IMG/VR virus record: IMGVR_UViG_2548877036_000005
Span: 1-64,000 of that record
DNA from: a virus
Lineage: Duplodnaviria; Caudoviricetes
Reading direction: 5' to 3' (one strand)
Length of the DNA: 64,000 nucleotides
Below the pieces are notes generated by a model, which saw nothing but the letters and a program-made list of their open reading frames with translations, was not told the DNA's origin and searched no databases. Shown here in pieces: positions 1 to 8,544 of the stretch (its first letter is position 1; every line of letters starts with the position of its first letter). A program made the position numbers and the translations under genes.

Positions 1-129
1 AACCACCGTCCGGACGTGCCCACGTCTGTCGGCGGGTGTCGGTGTCGCCGGGGTTACTGGAGTCACCAAGAGCACCCACTAGTGGTGCGGAGACAGAGAT
101 ACAGAGACAGGTAAGAAAGGGCACGGACC

Positions 130-324
130 ATGTTTGAAACTCCAGTGACTGTGATCGGTTCCATCGTCGGGGACCTCAAGCGGCGCCAGGTCGGATCCGA
201 CGAGATGATCAAATTCCGCGTCGCCAGCAACGCACGCCGACGGCGTGAGGACGGCAGTTGGGTGAATTCGAACTCCCTCTTCATCAACGTCACGTGCTGG
301 GGCCGGAACGTTCGGAAGGGGTGA
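130..324 (+). pseudogene. 5' part of host single-stranded DNA-binding protein SSB-b (Rv2478c-like), truncated by prophage insertion
   Basis: MFETPVTVIG...FRVASNARRR...NSLFINVTCWGR matches the mycobacterial second SSB; similarity stops after WGR and a stop follows 5 codons later. Confidence 0.8.
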
Positions 325-325
325 T
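290..325. other. attL junction (approximate, crossover near 306)
   Basis: Point where ssb similarity ends, about 30 bp before the integrase start; attR not available to define the core. Confidence 0.6.
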
Positions 326-336
326 AAGCTTCCCCG

Positions 337-1722
337 GTGGAAGCAGTGATCTACACACGAGTCTCCGACGATGATTCAGGCAGGTCAAGGTCCACCGCAG
401 ACCAAGAAAAAGACTGCCGCGAACACTGCGCGAAACAAGGCTGGACAGTCAAAGCCGTCCTCTGCGACGAGGGCGTAGGAGCCTCGCGCTACTCCCGAGG
501 AGAACGCGAAGCTTTCAAGCAACTCGAAACAATCCTCCAACGAGGCAATGTTCTGGTCTTCTGGGAAGCGTCACGATCCCAGCGTGACTTGGCTGCCTAC
601 GTCAAGCTCCGCGACCTCTCAGCACGAATAGGCGCCTACTGGTGCTACTCCGGAAAACTCTTTGACCTGACAAGGGGCGACGACAGGTTCGTCACCGGAC
701 TCGATGCACTGCTGTCAGAGCGTGAAGTTGATCAATTCCGGGAAAGGGTGGAGCGGGGTCGGCGTTCGGCGGCGGCATTAGGTAAGCCTGGTGCCGGTCC
801 AGCTCCGTGGGGATACAAGCCTCTGCGTGATGATAGAACCGGGGATCTGATCAATTGGGTGCCGGACCCTGAGGAAGCGCGTCTTGTTAGGGATGCCGCT
901 AGATCGGTTTTGGCGGGGGAAAGCACAAGGTCGGTGTTGAAGCGCATTAATGCTGGCGGTGTGTTGCATCGCCGTAGGCCGCAGTCGTTGACCGCTTTGA
1001 GGCGTGCGCTGATGAATCCCCAACTCGTTGGACTCCGCAAATATCAGGGCGAGATCGTCGGGGAGGGAACTTGGGAACCCATCCTCACACGCGAGGACCA
1101 CGAGAAACTTGTAGCCACTCTTACCGCGCCTTCCAGAAAGACTCATCACGGCACGGAACCGAAATGGCTGTTGACTGGAATAGCGGTGTGTGGGGTTTGT
1201 GGCGCCAGTATGGCCACGAAGGACAACAAAAGCAGCCGCATCTACATTTGTAGGGCTAACAGGGGTTGCGTGGGCAGGAATGTCGAGTACGCGGACGAGG
1301 TTGTCAAGGAAGCCGCTCTCTATGTTTTGGAAAGGCTTGATCCCGCAATTTTCGGGGAAGATGACGGCTCAACCCGCGAGGTCTTAGCGGAACTTGCGGA
1401 GTCGGAGTCATTGTTGGAGGAGTACCGGGCGCTGGCGGACGCGAGGGAGATTTCTCCGCAATCCTTTGCAAGGTTTGAGCAGAAACTTTTGTCACAGATC
1501 GAATCGGCCCGTAGTCGCCTCTCAGCGTCTCAAAGGATGTCTGCGGCACTCGCTATAGCGGGGCCGGATGCGCGCCGGTTCTGGGCCAGTATGGAGGCCA
1601 ATGGGACGCAGGGGCTCTTGGATAGGCGGGCCATCGTCAGGTGTTTCCGGGTGACCATCAAACCTGTGGGGCGTGGCCAAAAGCTGATTCCCGAAAGTAT
1701 CGGGGTCGAACTATTGGGTTAG
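337..1722 (+). CDS. Large serine integrase
   Basis: IYTRVS catalytic motif, recombinase domain (PWGY), Zn ribbon CGVCG...YICR...C, coiled coil. Confidence 0.95.
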   Translation: MEAVIYTRVSDDDSGRSRSTADQEKDCREHCAKQGWTVKAVLCDEGVGASRYSRGEREAFKQLETILQRGNVLVFWEASRSQRDLAAYVKLRDLSARIGAYWCYSGKLFDLTRGDDRFVTGLDALLSEREVDQFRERVERGRRSAAALGKPGAGPAPWGYKPLRDDRTGDLINWVPDPEEARLVRDAARSVLAGESTRSVLKRINAGGVLHRRRPQSLTALRRALMNPQLVGLRKYQGEIVGEGTWEPILTREDHEKLVATLTAPSRKTHHGTEPKWLLTGIAVCGVCGASMATKDNKSSRIYICRANRGCVGRNVEYADEVVKEAALYVLERLDPAIFGEDDGSTREVLAELAESESLLEEYRALADAREISPQSFARFEQKLLSQIESARSRLSASQRMSAALAIAGPDARRFWASMEANGTQGLLDRRAIVRCFRVTIKPVGRGQKLIPESIGVELLG

Positions 1723-2162
1723 AGCCTGTTCCAGGGTTGGCAGCCGGAGGTTCGAAAGGTGCGGTCTGTGGCGGCTGTGATTGTGGCGAGCTGCTGTCCG
1801 GGGCCGGAGTTGTTGACCACTATCTCATCCGCTGGGCTTAGGCGTTCCCAGTAGCATTCGGGGCCGTTTCCGGTGGATCTGTAGGTTCCGGGCAGTATGT
1901 CGTAGCCGATGAGGAATATGCCGTCTCCGGGCATGGTGGTTCCAGGGTTGGGTCCGCTGGCGGGTTGGGGTGTGATGGTGACGGTTTTTGTCGTGGGGGT
2001 GTCGATCACGCCGCGCATCACGTTGCGGCTGTGTTCTTTGTCGAGTGAGGCGCCTAGTTGGCGCACTTCCTTGTTTTTGATGGTGTAGACGGCGCCTCCG
2101 GTGATGGCGCCGGATAGGACGGCGCCCGCGAGGAACGCGCTGACGACTGCACTGTTCGTCAT
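1719..2162 (-). CDS. Membrane-anchored secreted protein
   Basis: N-terminal TM segment; PGDG.F.IG.DI.PGTYRS...CYWERLS...TSGC.PW domain common in actinobacterial surface proteins. Confidence 0.7.
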   Translation of the reverse strand: MTNSAVVSAFLAGAVLSGAITGGAVYTIKNKEVRQLGASLDKEHSRNVMRGVIDTPTTKTVTITPQPASGPNPGTTMPGDGIFLIGYDILPGTYRSTGNGPECYWERLSPADEIVVNNSGPGQQLATITAATDRTFRTSGCQPWNRL

Positions 2163-2404
2163 TTCATCTCCTGTTCACCTGCGCTGTGGGAGTGGTTGGA
2201 CGCTACGCCCCTAAAGGATCTTGATCAACATGCATGTTTTCGCAGGTACTACTTTTGTAGTAGTCAAATCGAACGCGCCATCGTTACGATATTGTTATCT
2301 GGATACTTTCGTTCCCGCCTATCCCTGGTCGGTGGACAGGCGTACCGTTCGGCTCAACGTCGGGGGACGAATAGTTTCAAACCCGTTACCGTAGAAGGCA
2401 TTTC

Positions 2405-3151
2405 ATGACCATTGCCACAGTCATAACCGTAACCGTAGCAATCATGTTCTGGTCCTTGTGGATACGGCGAATGACATGGAAATGCAGCTACGAAGTCGCC
2501 GCCACCTTCAACATCACACTCCAGTGTCTAGCAGTAATCCTCATGTCTCCGTGGGCTTCTCACACCGTAGGAAGATGGTTGTACAACATCACAGGCGACC
2601 ACAACCTAGAGGACTACCTAGCACATGACCTCTACATCATCGCCGCCAGCGCAATCGCACTCAACGTGGTGGGGAAACTCGGACCCGAAGCTCAGGCGCG
2701 GTTTAAACGCGATGTTGAGATGCCCGCAACGCTGGCCATCCCCATCATGTTCCTAACCTTCACGGCAGGTGCGGGCGTGGACGAGTATCGATCAGATTTC
2801 TTCCGTGTCCCAACCGACGCATCCCTGTCCGTCTACTGGCTTGTAATGACGGCGGTGACAACGTATCTGCTGCTGTACTCGTGCCAGGCGCTCATTCCGC
2901 TGCGCCGAAACCCGGAGACGAGCGGGGTGGCCACGCTGTACATGCTGTTCGCGGGGTTCGGTGTCGCGGCATGCACGATCCGCGCCGTGACAGTTTTCCT
3001 GCCAGGTCACTTGCAGGACACGGCTACAGCATCATTTCCGGTGTGGCTGACGGCATGCGCTTGCGGAGCTGGATTCGCCCTGATTTCCGGTCTCCGCTGG
3101 AAGCAAATGTTGAGAGACTGGTTCACCAGCCGTGAGACTGTGTTGAGTTGA
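2405..3151 (+). CDS. Polytopic membrane protein
   Basis: About 7 hydrophobic segments; GAAGG RBS. Confidence 0.75.
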   Translation: MTIATVITVTVAIMFWSLWIRRMTWKCSYEVAATFNITLQCLAVILMSPWASHTVGRWLYNITGDHNLEDYLAHDLYIIAASAIALNVVGKLGPEAQARFKRDVEMPATLAIPIMFLTFTAGAGVDEYRSDFFRVPTDASLSVYWLVMTAVTTYLLLYSCQALIPLRRNPETSGVATLYMLFAGFGVAACTIRAVTVFLPGHLQDTATASFPVWLTACACGAGFALISGLRWKQMLRDWFTSRETVLS

Positions 3152-3800
3152 CGGATGAGTCACGAAGCTTGGTCTTCGTCTTCCGATCCGTCGCCACCGC
3201 TAAAGGGCGAGCGGCATCACTGGCAGCTTGCGCCAGCATCGTCAATGCCTCCCGTTCATCCTCGTATTGGCCTGGTAGCGCGATGCCCATGATGTCGATG
3301 CTGGCGTGTGCGATTTCGGAAAGGTATTCGCAACGTCCAGTGGGCGTGTTGATCCGGTCGCCCATGCCTTTGCGGTAGGCGGCGACAACATCAACGGAGC
3401 GTCGGACAGCGGCTTTGACTCCTAGTGGCGCTGTTGAGTTGATGACTTTGTTGGCGTTGTCGAGGAAGCGTTTTTCAACCAACTCCATGGAGGCGCTGTC
3501 GCCGCCTGCGGGTGTGGCGGGTTTGTAGCCGGATTCGAGGAGTTCGGCGGAATCGTCGCGCCCTACTCCGCGTAGCTCTAGTGCGGAGGCACCAACAACC
3601 CCGGCCATGTCTGCGAGGGTTTGGGCTGATACGGGGATGGGTTCACGGTTCCGTCCGCTGCCTCGGTATCCGGCTTCTCGTTGAGACCACCACGATACGG
3701 ATTTGCCGATTCGTTCGGCGGCGGCTGCTTGGCTGAGTCCAAGCTGTTCACGCAGCCGCTGTATCAGCGCCCCTTCGGGCGGTTGCGTCGCGTCTGTCAT
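3123..3800 (-). CDS. Xre-type HTH immunity repressor (candidate)
   Basis: LREQLGLSQAAAAERIGKSVSWWSQREAG HTH; divergent from early operon; ATG at 3800. Confidence 0.8.
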   Translation of the reverse strand: MTDATQPPEGALIQRLREQLGLSQAAAAERIGKSVSWWSQREAGYRGSGRNREPIPVSAQTLADMAGVVGASALELRGVGRDDSAELLESGYKPATPAGGDSASMELVEKRFLDNANKVINSTAPLGVKAAVRRSVDVVAAYRKGMGDRINTPTGRCEYLSEIAHASIDIMGIALPGQYEDEREALTMLAQAASDAARPLAVATDRKTKTKLRDSSVNSTQSHGW

Positions 3801-3935
3801 GTGGTTGATCTTGCACCTTGTACTCATACCTTGTCCATACCTCTGTATTGATCTGTGCCGATAGTTTACGTGTCTGCGCCAGCTTGCCGCCCGCCAGATC
3901 GGCCCCGCTGAAGGCATTAATGCGCAGGTCATAGC

Positions 3936-3993
3936 CTGTACAGTGGATGTATTCACACAAAGTATTGACTTGTATCAATACATCCAGTACAGT
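3936..3993 (+). promoter_or_regulatory. Early rightward SigA-like promoter with operator-like repeats
   Basis: TTGACT (3965-3970), 17 bp, TACAGT (3988-3993); inverted repeat TGGATGTATT/AATACATCCA; TGTAYYMAYAC copies at 3819, 3948, 3971. Confidence 0.7.
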
Positions 3994-4001
3994 TCCTAAA
4001 C

Positions 4002-4121
4002 ATGACGCAGATCACGAGCAAGGAGCCGGTGGATCTCTCAGACCGCCGCTCGGAACGTCAACGCCGGATCGAGGAGTGCAAGGCCCGTCATCCGTCCAAC
4101 TATTTGAGGAGCATGAAATGA
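4002..4121 (+). CDS. 39-aa basic protein, probably leaderless
   Basis: ATG 8 nt after the -10; stop overlaps next start (ATGA). Confidence 0.55.
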   Translation: MTQITSKEPVDLSDRRSERQRRIEECKARHPSNYLRSMK

Positions 4122-4651
4122 CCGACTTCCCCCAACCGCTTCGCCTCGCTAAGGGCTCGCATAGGCCGGGTTCCGGCAGGGGATGTGCGATGAACGTGGT
4201 GTCGTACACGAACGGCGACACAGTGATCACCGATTACCCGAAGTGCTCAGCCAGGCCCCTGGCATCCCTCGTGCAGATGGTCAATGACCTGCTTGCCGGT
4301 GACGACGGGTTCCTTTCCCCGGAGAATAGTGTGATCGCACTGAATTTGGGGTGGCGCACCGTTGGCACCGCGAACACACTTTACGGTCTGCACACGGAAT
4401 GGTGGAAGGAACTCACCGGGCAGGAAATCCATCTGGTGTACTGGAAAACGTCCCACATGCCGGAAGAGGCAGAAAAGTATCTCACCGAGATCTTTTTCTA
4501 CGGCCATAGCTACCCTGATTGGAACACTGAAGGATTGATCGCCTTCGCTAATCGGGCTATCGATAAATGGATCGAACTCATGCCTATTGCACCGGCTGAA
4601 CCGATCACTCAGGCCCAGATTGAGTATGCGATGGACAGGATCGGGCAGTGA
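4118..4651 (+). CDS. Hypothetical actinophage protein (LAKGSH...GCAMN...D.P.C motif)
   Basis: GAGGAG RBS, ATG 4118. Confidence 0.7.
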   Translation: MTDFPQPLRLAKGSHRPGSGRGCAMNVVSYTNGDTVITDYPKCSARPLASLVQMVNDLLAGDDGFLSPENSVIALNLGWRTVGTANTLYGLHTEWWKELTGQEIHLVYWKTSHMPEEAEKYLTEIFFYGHSYPDWNTEGLIAFANRAIDKWIELMPIAPAEPITQAQIEYAMDRIGQ

Positions 4652-4928
4652 CGTTCGCCCTCGGTATTGCGACGGGGGTTGCGGGCACGATCATCCTTAT
4701 TGCTCTGGTTGTAGCTTTCCTGGATTGGGAGCTTAACCGCATTGAAGCTAGGGATGAATGATGTGCGGCGGGACGCGGGAGATGTTCCCGGATGATCTCT
4801 GAAGAACAACGCGCAGACATTCAAAGATACATTAGGTCGCTTAATCTTGGTGTACCGAATGCTGCCGCTCAACAGCTGGTTGTGAACATTTTCCGCCGTT
4901 ACCAGTCTATCAGTGAGGAGTTAGCTTC

Positions 4929-5144
4929 GTGACTACTACGGAGAAGCCGAAATACAATTTTGTTGGTGTGGAACCGGATTATATGCATGCTGGTTATGAC
5001 GAGGTGGAGAAGGTTCCGTTGGTGTTCTTCGGGGTGAAGGATACGCGCGATATTTTTGTTATCCACCTGGATGTTGAGAACGCGGCCCGCATCGGCTGGG
5101 ATCTTGTTGATAACGCGGCTAGGGCTGCTGTTGAAGAGGGTTGA
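4929..5144 (+). CDS. Hypothetical protein
   Basis: GAGGAG RBS, GTG start. Confidence 0.6.
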   Translation: MTTTEKPKYNFVGVEPDYMHAGYDEVEKVPLVFFGVKDTRDIFVIHLDVENAARIGWDLVDNAARAAVEEG

Positions 5145-5374
5145 TGGGATGCCCGCCTTTTTGGGGGTGGGGGTGGCGGGCATCCCTGGTGAACCAACGA
5201 CTATCCCTATGGAAGGGCAGTCACGATGATTGTACAGATAGCGTGGGTTGTTGCGCTACTTATTGTGGGGACTGTTTTTGCCGCCTTCGTGGTTGCGGTG
5301 TTCTTTGAGCTGGTTGTGCGGGCGGTTGGCCGTCTTGCGGACTGGTTTGAGCAGGCGCTTTTTGGAGGTGAACT

Positions 5375-5590
5375 GTGACCTCGGCAAGGTTTCAGGCAGT
5401 TAAAGATCCCCGCCAGCACCGCGAGGTAGCTGTTCTCGCTTACACGATTGAAGACGGTTTCAAGCCTTGGTTGTCGGTGCTAGTTTCCAGCCTCCGGCAT
5501 GACACCACGTTCCGACTGTCGCTGGATGAGGCGACGGACCTGATTGGCGCTCTTGTGAAGGGCATTGCCCACGCCGAAGGGGGCCAATAG
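5375..5590 (+). CDS. Hypothetical protein
   Basis: GGAGG RBS; coupled to next ORF. Confidence 0.6.
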   Translation: MTSARFQAVKDPRQHREVAVLAYTIEDGFKPWLSVLVSSLRHDTTFRLSLDEATDLIGALVKGIAHAEGGQ

Positions 5591-5946
5591 TGACCGCCCC
5601 GACGAAAGTGCATAACCCTGGTTGGGCCAACGTTCAGCGCTCTGACTCGATGTTGCGCGCCAAGTTCGCCCACGATCACCGTCAAAGACGCCTCTGGTTG
5701 GCCGACTACAGCCACCTAGTGGATTGCGGACTCACTCTGGAGCAGATAGCCCCCAAAATGAAATACAGCAGCAGTGAGGGCTTGTTGCGTCGGCTCCGTA
5801 GTTTGGAGAAGCTTGGCTACGACATCCCTTGGCCACAGTTCCCCTCCCCGGAGTACGACTTTGAACGTATGCAGTGGTGGTTGGGGCGCCAGAAAAAATC
5901 CTCTGAAAAACTTTGCCGGATGCGTTCGGGATTGTCAGGTATCTAA
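5590..5946 (+). CDS. Putative HTH DNA-binding protein
   Basis: GLTLEQIAPKMKYSSSEGLLRRL resembles an HTH. Confidence 0.5.
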   Translation: MTAPTKVHNPGWANVQRSDSMLRAKFAHDHRQRRLWLADYSHLVDCGLTLEQIAPKMKYSSSEGLLRRLRSLEKLGYDIPWPQFPSPEYDFERMQWWLGRQKKSSEKLCRMRSGLSGI

Positions 5947-5963
5947 GCTATGCTTCAACGTGA

Positions 5964-6412
5964 AGGGATTAGCCAGATGGTTCCGTTTCAACACGTTGGG
6001 ATTCGGCGGGGGATGCTGGTTCAATTTCTAATCCTGTAGTTGGAAGGCCCTGCAAGGGCCTCCTACGGGTTTCTAAACTTTATACCGGGCTGCTTTAGCG
6101 GCTGGTGTTGAATATAGTCTTGTGAACTTTTGAAAGCAACAATTCGGCTGTATGGGTATATCCCCGGCATTCGTGCACGGACCCCCTTTTGGGGAGGAGT
6201 AGACCTTTTTGTTGCGGCAGCCCACAGAAACGTATGAACCCCATTTTGGGGTTGTTTCTCGATGCCCAGGTGCGATTCCTGGGGTGGGCGCGAGCCGGTA
6301 GGGGTTGAGCGACCGTTTTTGGGGGACCTGACGGGATGTTTACTCCTTTCTGCCTGTCAGGGCGGTGTATAGGGCGGTTGCTCCCCCTATCGGCGGTAGT
6401 TGTTCCGGGGTA
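5964..6412 (+). ncRNA. Structured intergenic region including a D-armless tRNA-like element (6220-6290) and a 100-nt hairpin (6294-6394)
   Basis: GGGATTAG/CTAATCCT, AGGCCCT/AGGGCCT, GCCCAC/GTGGGC with CCAGG-TGCGATT-CCTGG T-arm, GCCGGTAGGGG/CCCCTATCGGC. Confidence 0.45.
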
Positions 6413-6428
6413 CTGATTGGAGGCTTGT

Positions 6429-6656
6429 GTGGCGTCTAGAAGTGTTCGGCAACGTAAAGAGCGGGCTCGCCGCGAGTGGGAGGCCCGTAAGGAGTTGGAT
6501 TGTCTGCCGGAGTTGGCGAGGTGGAGTGGGCTTTCTGCCCGTGAACAGGGTTTGGTTTCAGGCTGGTTGAACGGCTCCGGGTATCGGTGTGAGCCGAGGT
6601 TGGATGTGCCCCCGGATAGGGCGCGCAGGGTTGTCGCTAGAAAGGCGTGGTCATGA
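6429..6656 (+). CDS. Hypothetical protein
   Basis: GGAGG RBS, GTG; stop overlaps DUF2828 ATG. Confidence 0.5.
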   Translation: MASRSVRQRKERARREWEARKELDCLPELARWSGLSAREQGLVSGWLNGSGYRCEPRLDVPPDRARRVVARKAWS

Positions 6657-8047
6657 CGTTCATTTCTTCTCTACAGCAGAAGTTGAACTCTACGTATACC
6701 GAGAATGGTGCGTTGGCGGAGAAGTCGTCATTTGATCCGATTGTGGATTTCTTTGCGTTGGCTGGGGCGATGCGTGATACGCCGTCCGGGGCTGTGAAGT
6801 TGTTTGAGCAGGCTTTGTACGCTGATCAGCAGACCGCGTTGCGTACCTTGTTTTATCTGCGTGATGTGCGTGGTGGGCAGGGGGAACGTGAGGTGTTCCG
6901 GGCCTGCTGGCGCTGGTTGACGGCTTTCAGTCCGGAGTTGGCGGGGCGACTGTTGGCTTTCATTCCGGAGTATGGGCGTTGGGATGATGTGTGGTCGGCG
7001 GGGGTGACCCGGGAAGTGTTGGGGCTGGTTAGGGGCCAGCTCGCCTCCGATGTGTCGTCATGGCCAAAGGTGTCACTGTTGGGGAAGTGGCTTCCTTCTG
7101 AGAAGTCCGCCGAGTCCGATATTGCTCACCAGTTTATGCGGGGATTGGGTATGTCGCCCCGCCAGTATCGTCAGCGTTTGTCAGCGTTGCGTCGGCAGAT
7201 CGGACTGTTGGAGTCCCAGATGTCCACGAACGACTGGGACAACATCGAGTATGGAAAGCTGCCCTCACAGGCTCACCGTAAGCATGTGAAGGCGTTTTGG
7301 CGGCATTCGGAGCCCCGCTACCAGGAATATTTGGATGCGGTGGACCGGGGTGAGGCGAAGATCAACACCTCCACTTTGTACCCGTATGAGGTATATGACT
7401 TAGCGGAGCGTGGTGATCGGGCTGCGGACACGATGTGGGCGAATCTGCCGGATTACACGAACGGCACGGACGCTTTGGTGCTGGCGGATGTGTCTGGCTC
7501 GATGTGGGGTCGGCCTATATCGGTGTCAGTTTCTTTGGCTTTGTATTTCGCGGAGCGCAACACGGGAGCCTACAAGGGCTATTTCATGTGTTTGGAATCC
7601 GCGCCGCATTTGGTGAAGGTGTCGGGTAGGAATCTGCGAGAGCGGTTGGCTTCTATCCAGAACTCGACACGCTGGTGTGGTTCTACGAACCTTGAAGGCG
7701 CTTTCAACGCGATCCTTGCTGCGGGGGTCCAGTCGGGTGAAGTTCCGAAGGTTCTCTACATCGTCTCGGATATGCAGTTCGACCAGGCGGTGACTGGCGG
7801 CTCGGACACGACGTTCCGGAACGCTAAGGCGGCGTTCGCTGCGCATGGGTTGGAGTTGCCTCATGTGGTGTTTTGGAACGTGAATGCTCGCCAGACTCAG
7901 GTTCCGGCCACTATTCGTGATGGTGCGGTGACGTTGGTGTCGGGTTGTTCACCGACTGTGTTCGGCATGGCGGTGGAGGGTAAATCTCCGCGCGAGCTGG
8001 TCGATGAGGTTGTGAATGCGGAGCGGTATCAGGTGATCGAAGTATAG
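6653..8047 (+). CDS. DUF2828-family protein: helical N-terminal region plus C-terminal vWA/MIDAS domain (Ro60/TROVE-like architecture)
   Basis: TENGA, LRDVRGGQGER, PEYGRWDD, KWLPSE, LYPYE motifs; MIDAS DVSGSM...STN...SDMQFD; VFWNV. Confidence 0.85.
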   Translation: MTFISSLQQKLNSTYTENGALAEKSSFDPIVDFFALAGAMRDTPSGAVKLFEQALYADQQTALRTLFYLRDVRGGQGEREVFRACWRWLTAFSPELAGRLLAFIPEYGRWDDVWSAGVTREVLGLVRGQLASDVSSWPKVSLLGKWLPSEKSAESDIAHQFMRGLGMSPRQYRQRLSALRRQIGLLESQMSTNDWDNIEYGKLPSQAHRKHVKAFWRHSEPRYQEYLDAVDRGEAKINTSTLYPYEVYDLAERGDRAADTMWANLPDYTNGTDALVLADVSGSMWGRPISVSVSLALYFAERNTGAYKGYFMCLESAPHLVKVSGRNLRERLASIQNSTRWCGSTNLEGAFNAILAAGVQSGEVPKVLYIVSDMQFDQAVTGGSDTTFRNAKAAFAAHGLELPHVVFWNVNARQTQVPATIRDGAVTLVSGCSPTVFGMAVEGKSPRELVDEVVNAERYQVIEV

Positions 8048-8056
8048 ATATTTTTT

Positions 8057-8095
8057 TGGGCGTGTACAGCAATTACACTTGGATAAAGGCGCCCA
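8057..8095 (+). ncRNA. ACAGCAATT stem-loop unit 1
   Basis: TGGGCGT/GCGCCCA stem enclosing GT-ACAGCAATT...TGGATAAAG. Confidence 0.65.
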
Positions 8096-8105
8096 GTTGG
8101 TTTTG

Positions 8106-8213
8106 TGGACTCACACAGCAATTAAAATGCCACGGTTAGAGGTCGCGGGTTCGAATCCCGCCAATCCTTCGGGGTTGTAGCTCAGTTGGGTAGAGCGCTA
8201 TTAAATGAGTCCA
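8106..8213 (+). ncRNA. ACAGCAATT unit 2 containing a circularly permuted tRNA domain (Y RNA/YrlA-like topology)
   Basis: TGGACTCA/TGAGTCCA closing stem; T-arm GCGGG-TTCGAAT-CCCGC precedes an acceptor stem capped by cTTCGg, then TA and D-arm GCTC-AGTTGGGTA-GAGC. Confidence 0.85.
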
Positions 8214-8218
8214 GCTTT

Positions 8219-8266
8219 AGGGCACGTACAGCAATTTAAATCCTTCGCAATGGTTAAAGGTGCCCT
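8219..8266 (+). ncRNA. ACAGCAATT stem-loop unit 3
   Basis: AGGGCAC/GTGCCCT stem enclosing GT-ACAGCAATT...TGGTTAAAG. Confidence 0.65.
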
Positions 8267-8544
8267 GTTCATTCTTCCCGGTCGCGCCGGGATGTGCCCC
8301 TGATACGTGCTGACCTATCAGCCAGGGGAGCGTGGCCGCTACACACACATAGCGCTTAACCCACACCAGTAGATAGCCCGTGAAGAGTCTGGTGAGTTCT
8401 GCCGTAGGGGAGGTGTGTCCCCTGAATGCCCGGAGTACCGGATTTTTATGCGATGACCCTGCTCGACGGAGCAAGCCCATACGCATCGGCGTTTCCCTAG
8501 CGGCTGGGGATTCTGCACGAAAAGACTTTAGAGAGGAAATTGTA

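Noticed and set aside
3947-4117. N-terminal extension of the 234-aa ORF and of the 277-aa minus ORF
   Set aside because: Overlaps the promoter/operator; RBS supports ATG 4118, and the HTH starts near ATG 3800
8137-8200. Conventional tRNA gene
   Set aside because: Halves are in reverse order, there is no anticodon loop and the acceptor end is sealed by a tetraloop
8057-8266. CRISPR mini-array interpretation of the ACAGCAATT repeats
   Set aside because: Shared motif is only 9 nt, spacing is irregular, each unit is closed by its own stem, and there are no cas genes; the adjacent exonuclease is a recombination-type PD-(D/E)XK enzyme
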